A stretch of 13,633 nucleotides of DNA from Octopus sinensis. Its lineage: Eukaryota. The notes under the pieces were generated by a model. That model had not been told where the DNA came from. It was given only the letters and a program-made list of their open reading frames with translations, and searched no databases. The translations under genes and the position numbers were made by a program. This document shows, piece by piece, positions 1 to 7,973 of the stretch. The stretch's first letter is position 1, and every line of letters begins with the position of its first letter. The DNA lies in NCBI RefSeq assembly GCF_006345805.1, contig NW_021826163.1, positions 1-13,633 of the forward strand, in the 5' to 3' direction.

Positions 1-312
1 CTGCGATAAATACTACATCAATATAATTTCTTGGTGTTTCTCATCTTCCTCCCTGCCTATCCTGTTATCCGGTTCATGAATTTGATAAGCCACAATAATG
101 GCAAAATATCGGTATCTATCTTTCTCGGTGATTCCGAGGCTGTTTATGTTGTCTCGGCTGTCACATCCAGGCATCCTTTAACACTCGGCATCGTGTGGGA
201 AGCTTTCTCCGGACGCTGTCCCGATGCAAAATTTGGCGTATAAGCAAAACACATACACAACGTATGTGCCACCGATAATGTTTACCTTACAAGAGCTGCT
301 TCTAATTCGTTG

Positions 313-753
313 CACACATACACATACATATATATAGATGCATAGATATATACATACATATATATATGCATATACATACATACATACATACATACATACA
401 TCATACATACATACATACGTACGTACATACATACGTACATACATACATACACACACATACATACATACATACATACATACATACGTACATACATACGTAC
501 ATACATACATACATACATACACACATACATACATACATACATACATACATACATACATACATACGTACGTACATACATACATACGTGGATACATACATAC
601 ATACATACATACATACATACACACATACATACATACATACATACATACATACATACATACGTACGTACATACATGCGTACATACATACATACATACATAC
701 ATACATACATACATACATACATACATACATACATACATACATACATACACACA

Positions 754-789
<36 letters not shown>

Positions 790-792
790 CAT
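313..792. repeat. (TACA)n tetranucleotide microsatellite with TACG/CACA variant units
   Basis: Directly visible array of about 480 bp; source of the spurious MYVC/HTYI ORFs. Confidence 0.98.
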
Positions 793-842
793 AGTAGAAA
801 TATGTTACAAAAATATAAAATATAAAATGCACGTGGAAATGT

Positions 843-1090
843 AAATCCTTAAATCCTTAAAAATGTTTTAGCCCGAAGGCCGCGGCCATGCTGAATGAGC
901 TACACTAATATGTGAATCCACCTCTGATACGTGGCACTTGATCAACAAGGGAGTTTGATGCTGCTGCCCGCATCTGCGTCTCCTGTCGTGAGGTAGGTTC
1001 ATCTGAGACTCCCGACAAGAAGAGATCCAGTTTAGTTTTAAAGAAACCCACATCCACACCATGTAAGTCTCTCAGGCATTTAGGCATAAG
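843..1090 (-). mobile_element. 5'-truncated non-LTR retrotransposon (CR1/L2-group LINE): ORF2 C-terminus, 3' UTR and tandem-repeat tail
   Basis: ORF 905-1087(-) PKCLRDLHGVDVGFFKTKLDLFLSGVSDEP...RAAASNSL fits the recalled post-RT pattern LP..IR......FK..LD.FL..VPDEP of CR1/L2-group ORF2. It ends in an 8-bp tandem tail (AAATCCTT x2, 843-858 on +) with a hairpin at 870-881. Confidence 0.75.
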
Positions 1091-1096
1091 GGGAAA

Positions 1097-1266
1097 ATAT
1101 GAAAAATCAACGAAAATGCAAATTGTAAATAAAAAAAAGAAAAGGTTTTTTTATGAAAGGTAACGACAGATATATACATTTATCTGTCGTTATATATACA
1201 TATATCTGTCGTTATCTTTCATAAAAAGCCTTTTCTTTTTATTTACAATGTGCATTTTCGTTGATT

Positions 1267-1274
<8 letters not shown>
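1097..1274. mobile_element. Foldback / MITE-like long inverted repeat
   Basis: Arms 1097-1175 and 1200-1274 are reverse complements with 3 substitutions and 2 homopolymer indels; spacer about 24 bp; ends lie in TA context. Confidence 0.85.
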
Positions 1275-1348
<74 letters not shown>

Positions 1349-1350
1349 AT
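1271..1350. repeat. (TA)n microsatellite
   Basis: Visible. Confidence 0.98.
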
Positions 1351-1606
1351 CATATTAGGGAGTATGATTTTAAATCGAATTTATTTCAATTGAATTTAAA
1401 CTTAATTGTAATTCGAATTTAATTGTAGCCATGAAACGTACGTAGTGTTTTTACTTATTATATTATATATTTATCATTCATTTTATACTTTTTGAGATCT
1501 AGTCATAAGTTATATGTTTTATAAATATATATATTATTTGTTATTTATGTATTGGTTTATGGTCTATCACTGTTTGAGTTGCATAATAGTGGTTTTATCT
1601 CTAATT

Positions 1607-1620
1607 TATATGTATGTATG

Positions 1621-1693
<73 letters not shown>

Positions 1694-1712
1694 ATATATA
1701 TATACATATATA

Positions 1713-1753
<41 letters not shown>

Positions 1754-1783
1754 ATATATATATATATATATATAATATATATA
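1607..1783. repeat. Interrupted (TATG)n/(TA)n microsatellite
   Basis: Visible. Confidence 0.97.
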
Positions 1784-1970
1784 TTTAATCCAAACAAGAA
1801 AAAACACAAAAAAAACACACAACGCAAGGACGTGGACAAATAAGTATTATTGGACGCTCAAGAAACAAGAAAATAAGGAGGGTTTAACGTTTCGAGCGGA
1901 GCTCTTCGTCGGAAACATAGGAGAAGGAAAGATCCAGAGAAGGGAAGACAGAGAAAAGAAATCGCCAACA
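1784..1970 (-). mobile_element. About 190-bp interspersed repeat between TA arrays, probable Penelope-like element terminal repeat or non-autonomous derivative
   Basis: Contains a hammerhead-like fold; the minus strand ends ...GGATTAAA running into (TA)n. The PLE link is inferred from the known association of minimal hammerheads with PLE terminal repeats. Confidence 0.5.
1882..1916 (-). ncRNA. Minimal type I hammerhead ribozyme-like motif (U4C core variant)
   Basis: Minus strand reads GUUU-CCGACGA-A-GAGC-UCC-GCUC-GAA-ACGU-U-AAAC: stem I GUUU/AAAC, core CCGACGA (canonical CUGANGA), stem II GAGC/GCUC, GAAA, palindromic stem III ACGU, NUH triplet GUU. Confidence 0.6.
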
Positions 1971-2009
1971 TGTACATATATATATGTATATGTATGTATG
2001 TATATGTAT

Positions 2010-2052
<43 letters not shown>

Positions 2053-2093
2053 CATAATATATATATGTATGTATATATATATATATACATACA

Positions 2094-2124
<31 letters not shown>

Positions 2125-2166
2125 CATACATATCATTATATATATACATATTAATATATATCTATA

Positions 2167-2217
<51 letters not shown>

Positions 2218-2282
2218 ATTATATATATATATGTGTGTGTGGTGTGTGTGTGTGTTGTGTGTGTGTGTGTTGTGTGTGTGTG
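1971..2282. repeat. Compound (TA)n/(TATG)n followed by (TG)n microsatellite
   Basis: Visible. Confidence 0.97.
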
Positions 2283-2319
2283 GAGTATGTATTTAGTAGC
2301 GAATAGCTTATACCGGAAT

Positions 2320-2660
2320 GTAATATGTTGACAATGGTTGCTAATGCTGTAAGGGGGCCTCAGGACTTCGACGTATTTCTAATCTGCATTCACGTACAAG
2401 TGGCTTGCCAAGCACCGAAAACCAAGCATCAAGCATCATTTCCCTATTCCAGTCTCTGGATAAGGGGAGAAATTTCTAATACAAACGTTGCATTTTCAAA
2501 CAACATGTTTGAAGCAACAGATGTCCATGGTAAACAATCTATCAAGGACATTTATATAATCTATCAAATTACGGAGGTTATAGATAAGACAGAAGTAGCC
2601 TGGGACGGATTAACCCTGGATTGCAGGAACAGATTTCGAAAGGAGATATGATCATGGTAT
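2320..2660 (+). pseudogene. Tigger/pogo-type transposase relic, DDE-domain part
   Basis: Across frameshifts: VDNG (recalled LDNAPGH), HVQVACQAPKT and SLFQSLDKG (recalled VFLPPNTTSLIQPLDQG), MFEATD, and QITEVIDKTEVAWDGLT (recalled NI.DAIDNI.EAW.EV). Motif order matches pogo DDE_1. Confidence 0.6.
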
Positions 2661-2680
2661 CTTTTGTGTTTTATCTGTTG

Positions 2681-3147
2681 TCTTTTTCTTGTTTCAGTCA
2701 TTTCACTGCGGTCATGCTGGGGCACTGCCATGAAGAATTTATAGTCAAATGTGTCCACTCCTGTACTTGTTTGATTTTGTTTTAAGCCTTGTACTTATTC
2801 TATCGGTCTGTTTTGCCGAACCGCTAAGTAACGGGGACGTAAACACATCAGCACCGGTTCTCAAGTGGTGTGTGTGTGTGTGCGTGTGTGTGTGCGGGGG
2901 ACAAACACAGATTCAAAGATACACCTACACACACCAATACAGACACAGACACACAGACAGCTATACACACACATGTAGATATATGACGGGCTTCCTTCAG
3001 TTTCCGTCTACCGAATCCACTCACACGTCTTTGGTCGACTCGAGGCTATAGTAGAAGATATTTGGCCAAAGTACTATGCAGTGGGACTGAAACCGGAACC
3101 ATATAGCTGGGGAGCAAGCTTCTTACCACACAGCTACGCCTGTGCCT
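2681..3147 (-). mobile_element. Near full-length tRNA-headed SINE, family A (CORE-like segment, internal microsatellite)
   Basis: A-box-like 3122-3136, B-box-like GGTTTCAGTCCC (3083-3094, minus), CORE-like segment, internal (TG)n, 3' tail CAGCATGACCGC-AGTGAAATGACT-GAAAC; homologous to the copies at 6402-7249. Confidence 0.9.
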
Positions 3148-3678
3148 AGTATTTGAAGAAGAAATGGTGCCAACAGTCATCAAAGACATTGTGGAGAGGA
3201 CAAAGAAATGGTTGGATTTTAAAGTTTTAATCCTGAAGATTTGGTAGAGTTTATCGAGTCTCGTGATAAAGGTTCGTTTATTGAACAGCTGCAGATGTCA
3301 GAATCGAAAATAAACCTAAAAACATTTACAGGAACTCCAGAAATATTCTTACTGTTTGAATTCGCTAGTAGCAATATTCACAAAAAAAGAAAAGAAAAAA
3401 AATTACAGACTAGTTTATTAAAAATGGCCGGTTTTGGAGCGCACAGCAACAAGGCATATGTTCGAGATATAAAATCCTGCTGCTACGAGAAAAGATTCTT
3501 CGAAATTAAGGAGATATACGATGCCCTGTTTGGTGAGGAACCAATGTACGAGAAAGCAACACAGTCTGCTTCCTCATCTCAGGTTTCGCCTTTGTGTCAA
3601 TATTCCTCGCTGCGGTTTTTCAACGGAATTATGAGTGAGTCGGCCTGTTTATACAAATTTATGATTAAAGTAGATTAA
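3148..3678 (+). pseudogene. Tigger/pogo-type transposase relic, C-terminal part
   Basis: VIKDIVERTK/EMVGF*SFNPEDLVEFIESRDK resembles the recalled Tigger C-terminal motif IV.LAK.VGF.EV..EDV.EL.ESH. It continues the 2320-2660 relic on the far side of the SINE. ORF 3241-3678 is its surviving open segment. Confidence 0.55.
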
Positions 3679-4069
3679 TTTAACCTGTTTCATAATTTTA
3701 AGATACCACTAGATCTTAATTAATTAAACTTGTTATCTAATTTTGTCATAACTTTAGATAACATTGTATGATTTTATCTAAAGCTTGTGGGTGGGTCGGG
3801 TGGTTGGTGCGACAGCGAGTTTCTGTATTTTTCAAACGTTAAGCGATGTCGATGACCTCCATTTGTTTTCATTTCTCTCATAAATATTGTGTTTCAGGTT
3901 CGTATCTTTTTGTTAAAATGAGACCCGCGTAACGCTGTTTTTCTTCATGTGGTATTCTTTTTTTTTTTTATGAAAGCATCTCGAGCGTTAACCAAGTTAT
4001 TTGTGTATTACTTATTTTATAAAACGTAACGCTCACAACTATATATACACTCTTCTATAAATTCAACAT

Positions 4070-4308
4070 ACCTATTTCTTTACTACCCACAAGGGGCTAA
4101 ACACAGAGAGGACAAACAAGGACAGACAAACGGATTAAGTCGATTATATCGACCCCAGTGCGTAACTGGTACTTAATTTATCGACCTCGAAAGGATGAAA
4201 GGCAAAGTCGACCTCGGCGGAATTTGAACTCAGAACGTAACGGCAGACGAAATGCCGCTAAGCATTTCTCCCGGCGTACTAACGTTTCTGCCTGCTCGCC
4301 GCCTTACC
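4070..4308 (-). mobile_element. Full-length tRNA-headed SINE, family B, with 13-bp target-site duplication
   Basis: B box GAGTTCAAATTCC (4219-4231, minus), A-box region about 4279-4294, central GGTCGACTTTGCCTTTCATCCTTTCGAGGTCGATAAATTAAGTACCAG domain; TSD ATAAATTCAACAT at 4057-4069 and 4309-4321. Confidence 0.92.
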
Positions 4309-4659
4309 ATAAATTCAACATGCCGTCTTTAGCCCCTTTTCATGCTCAGTCTATATCTCTTCTTTCTTTCCTTTTTCTTTCTCACCGCTCTGACCCTTCA
4401 CTCTTACACTCACCAACTGTCTACCGTCCAACACTTCATATTATACCACCTTTTTTCAAATGGGGCCGCTTATATCTAATCAAATCAGGCATTTCTTCTC
4501 AAAAAAGAAAAGACAATTCACATTGAGTCAAAAGACATTTCTGTAAAATCATTTGATGACAACAAGAAAGTCCTAAGTCAAATCAGCACAGATCAGTGGT
4601 GATCAGACGAACTGAAATGCGTAACACAGAGTCGCCATTTCTATGTTAGGTCACTCTTG

Positions 4660-5270
4660 GTGCAATTAGTAACATGTAACCCAGTACAACATGTCCCATG
4701 ATCGGATCATCGACGATTAAACTGGTACCTCTACCAAGACTGATTGTTAAAGAGATGGCGGGCTTTCGTTGGACAACCTGCAGGACGAAAAACAAAAGCT
4801 GTCAAAGGGTGGATGAACTCTAGAGTGAACGGCCATCAAACAGTTGGGAAAGAGATCCTTAGTCTTTGATGAAATATCTTTCTTGAAGCAAAATTCTGAT
4901 GTAAAACCTGCGGCTTACTTAGCATTTAATAACGTAGACTAGTTATTTTTAAGGGTAAATGTTCCGTAGACATTTCAAAGCTGAATGCAATCATCTGCAG
5001 GAGGAGGTATATGGAATTTACGTAAACCAAAGTAACAAAAGAAATAGCTGTGATTGCCAAAATAGAAAATGATGGCCTCTTTCGCCGTGGTTTATGCAAC
5101 GCCTACAAATTAATCGATATTCTTCGTGAGATCTGGATAACGGAAGTTAAACGGACCGGTACTTAACTATCAAAGCATTTAAAAATCATATCGAGTACTT
5201 GAAAGATAACGTCATAGGCAAGGTTAATACCGCCCTATCTACACTTGATCTCAGCTGCAACCCTTTGGAT
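4660..5270 (+). pseudogene. Highly decayed Tc2/pogo-like (DDE_1) transposase relic
   Basis: Motifs in expected order: ISNM* (4665-4679, recalled IGNMDET), LVIFKGK (4939-4959), LIDILREIW (5110-5136), AFKNH (5175-5189), QLQP-LD with +1 indel (5252-5270). Confidence 0.5.
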
Positions 5271-5470
5271 AAGTTACTGTGACTGTTGTGACGACAATAA
5301 CTGTTTTGTTAAGGTTATTTCAATAGAACTGATAACCAGCACTGATTTTTTTTGCTGACAACGTTTCGTATCAAGACGTCAGACGTAAACAAACAATGAG
5401 ATCGAAGACAAAAATGGCTAATGAGTGTATATACCACATCTCGGGGTTTTTGCCCCTTTATAAGGTCAAA

Positions 5471-5931
5471 ATCCCTTGTGCGTACTATATGCGAAGTTAG
5501 AAATGAAAAATATTTTCTAAGCAATGTCCGAGTCTCTATTTGCTGCCCGGCAATGTTTATTCAGACACATTTTGTGATGTCGGGCGCGAAAATACCTTAA
5601 GTTAATCCTGAAAGCAATGAAGTCATAAATGAATCATTCATAACTTGCAGTAAGCAACATTTATTAAACATTATTACTGTTATTTTTTTATTTTCTGCAA
5701 ACAAAATGCACAAAAAAGCTACACGCTGCATTATGTTATATATACAATAATAATAAAGGACGTTAACCGTATACATTTTTACAAACCAAGGACGGTTTAT
5801 ATGACCTCCTTGACTCAAGTTAGAGAGGGGTGCGTATTATACACAAGGTTTAGGTTTTTCAGAAGTACAGCCCCCTAAAAATCCCCTGCGTTTTATACTC
5901 AAGGGCGTACTATACTCGAGGATTTGCGGTA
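5471..5931. mobile_element. DNA transposon end (Tc2/pogo-like TIR plus subterminal repeats), probably the 3' end of the 4660-5270 element
   Basis: Terminus TATACTCGAGGATTTGCGG followed by TA (5930-5931); GCGTAYTATA-like motifs at 5479, 5831, 5887 and 5904. Opposite TIR not found. Confidence 0.55.
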
Positions 5932-6310
5932 TATAGCCACATCGTACAGCGGCGTTAAGATATTGGAGATACCAATTTACAAGGTACACTCGTCCAAGCA
6001 AGTGGTTTGCTCTGAGACTGTGTTGAAGTTAAACCGATTGTAGCATGGAAGACACAAGCTAGCCATTTAGAAACACACAAAGAGTTTCATCTTCGTTTGA
6101 GCATTTATTGTTTGTAATATGGTGTCAAAATTTCCGTAGCTCGAAAGTGTGACTTGGTCGAATTGGCGGTAAACATTCGTAACAACAGAAGTCTGCTTGT
6201 TGATCATCATTTCGAATGCAAGGTGAACAAAGCAAACAATCACAAACATTAGTTAAACAAACGAAAGATACATTAGCTCTGCCAGTCATCCAGCCAGGCA
6301 GCTCGACAAC

Positions 6311-6400
6311 CAGCCAACCATCCATCCATCCATCCATCCATCCATCCATCCATTCATCCATCCATCCATCCATCCAGCCAGCCAGCCAGCCAGTCAGCCA
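6311..6400. repeat. (CCAT)n grading into (CCAG)n microsatellite
   Basis: Visible. Confidence 0.95.
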
Positions 6401-6401
6401 C

Positions 6402-6537
6402 CTACCAAATCCACACACAAGGCTTTGGCCGGCCCCAGGCTATAGTAGAAGACACTTGTCCAAGGTGATACGCAGTGGGACTGAACCCGGAGCCATGTGG
6501 CTGGTAAGCGAGCTACTTACCACGCAGCCACGACTGC
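6402..6537 (-). mobile_element. Family A SINE 5' half (tRNA head plus CORE-like segment), inverted
   Basis: A box TGGCTGCGTGGTAAG (6516-6530), B box GGGTTCAGTCCC (6477-6488), then CACCTTGGACAAGTGTCTT; homologous to 3010-3147. Confidence 0.9.
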
Positions 6538-6540
6538 AAA

Positions 6541-6772
6541 TATATATGTATATGTTTGTTTGTCTGTGTTTGTCCCACCCACCATCACTTGTCAACCGAT
6601 GTTGGTGTGTTTATATCCCCATAACTTAACGGTTCGGTAAAAGACCATTAGAATAAGTATTAAGCCTACAAAGAATAAATCGGGGATGGGGGTGGCGATC
6701 CGTTCGACTAAAGGCGGTGCTCCAGCATGGCCGCAATCAAGTGACTGAAACCAGTAAAAGAAAAGAAAAAGA
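6541..6772 (+). mobile_element. Family A SINE 3' half
   Basis: From the internal TA/TG tract through AAGGCGGTGCTCCAGCATGGCCGC...GACTGAAAC to an AAAAG-repeat tail. Confidence 0.9.
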
Positions 6773-6774
6773 AT

Positions 6775-6826
6775 AGGAGTGGCTTGTGAGTGGATTTGGT
6801 TGACGGAGACTGAAAGAAGCCCATCG

Positions 6827-6899
<73 letters not shown>

Positions 6900-7113
6900 T
6901 GTGTGTGTATGTTTGTGTGTCTGTGTTTGTTCCCCCAACATCGCTTGACAACCGATGCTGGTTTGTTTACGTCCCCGTAACTTAGCGGTTTGGCAAGAGA
7001 GAGCGATAGGTGATGGAATAAGTACTTAAATAAGTCCTGAGGTGGATTTACTCGAGTAAAGGCGGTGTGCTCCAGCATGGCCGTAGTCAAATGACTGAAA
7101 CAAATTAAAAAAA
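6775..7113 (+). mobile_element. Family A SINE with internally deleted head
   Basis: AGGAGTGGC joined directly to TTGTGAGTGGATTTGG; internal (TA)n(TG)n at about 6827-6920; full 3' tail. Confidence 0.9.
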
Positions 7114-7132
7114 TACGCACACACGCACCCAA

Positions 7133-7249
7133 TACTCTTTTACTTGTGTTTCAGTCATTTGACTGCGGCCATGCTGGAGCACCGCCTTTAGTCGAGCACA
7201 TCGACCCCGGGACTTATTCTTTGTAAGCGTAGTACTTATTCTATCAGTC
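7133..7249 (-). mobile_element. Family A SINE 3' fragment
   Basis: Reverse complement of the tail seen at 7010-7110. Confidence 0.9.
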
Positions 7250-7363
7250 ATACACACATGTATGTATGTATGTATGTATGTATGTATGTATGTATGTATG
7301 TATGTATGTACGTACGCATGTGCGTGTGCGTCCGTGTGTACGCGTGCGCGTGCGCGTGCATGC
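7250..7363. repeat. (TATG)n grading into a CG-rich alternating purine-pyrimidine tract
   Basis: Visible. Confidence 0.9.
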
Positions 7364-7571
7364 TGTTCATTTCCCGCACTCAGTAGCAGTGAATCCGGCG
7401 TGACCAGACTGATGATTTATTTCTTAGTTCTAACTTCGTTAGCTTCATACAGAAAACAGCTCGGTTGCTAAGCAACACTGAAGTGATAATCTCTTTTGTT
7501 CTTTTTGTTGTTTGTTTTTCCTTGTTTGTTTTGTTGCTTTTCGTTGACTTAACAAGACAGAGCTATAAGCT

Positions 7572-7685
7572 CACACACACGCACACACATACACACACAC
7601 ACACACACGTACAAAAGACATTACGTTGCACACAAAAGCACACACACACACACACACACACACAAAAGCACACACACCACACACA
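7572..7685. repeat. Interrupted (CA)n microsatellite
   Basis: Visible. Confidence 0.95.
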
Positions 7686-7687
7686 AA

Positions 7688-7900
7688 TCTTTCGTTCGAT
7701 TGTGGCCAGACTGGGGCACCACCTCGAACGGTTTTAGTCGAACAAATGGACCACAGTACTTATTTTGTTTTTGTTTTAAGCCTTTTTCTAATTCTATCGG
7801 TCTGTTTTGCCAAATCGATAATTTAAGGGAACGCAAACACACCAACACCTGTTGTCAAGTGGTGGTGAGATGAGAGACAAACACATACACAAAGACACAA
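7688..7900 (-). mobile_element. Diverged family A SINE 3' half
   Basis: ATTCTATCGGTCTGTTTTGCC...AAACACACCAACACCTGTTGTCAAGTGGTG aligns with 2797-2870. Confidence 0.8.
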
Positions 7901-7938
7901 TCTCATAGATATATACACATAGTTATAAATACATGCAT

Positions 7939-7971
<33 letters not shown>

Positions 7972-7973
7972 AG

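Noticed and set aside
1-300. GC-richer unique segment with a 70-aa ORF and a DRY-like word on the minus strand
   Set aside because: No recognisable family in any frame, stops in the candidate frames, and the segment is cut by the window edge.
178-844. Six long overlapping ORFs (MYVC/HTYI repeats)
   Set aside because: Translations of the TACA microsatellite, which lacks stops in most frames. The same applies to ORFs at 1514-2296, 6592-6985, 7262-7848, 10721-11394 and 11738-12498.
3083-3147. tRNA-like A/B boxes here and at 4219-4300, 6477-6537 and 13101
   Set aside because: No complete cloverleaf and each runs into a SINE body, so they are SINE heads rather than tRNA genes.
3870-3940. Strong-looking splice acceptor (TTTCAG at 3892-3897)
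   Set aside because: No good donor or sustained reading frame downstream.
5221-5280. LSTLDLSCNPL resembling a leucine-rich repeat
   Set aside because: A single unit only; the same bases read QLQP-LD in a shifted frame, which fits the upstream transposase motifs better.
6067-6249. 60-aa minus-strand ORF in unique sequence
   Set aside because: No recognisable motif or splice support; the length is expected by chance.
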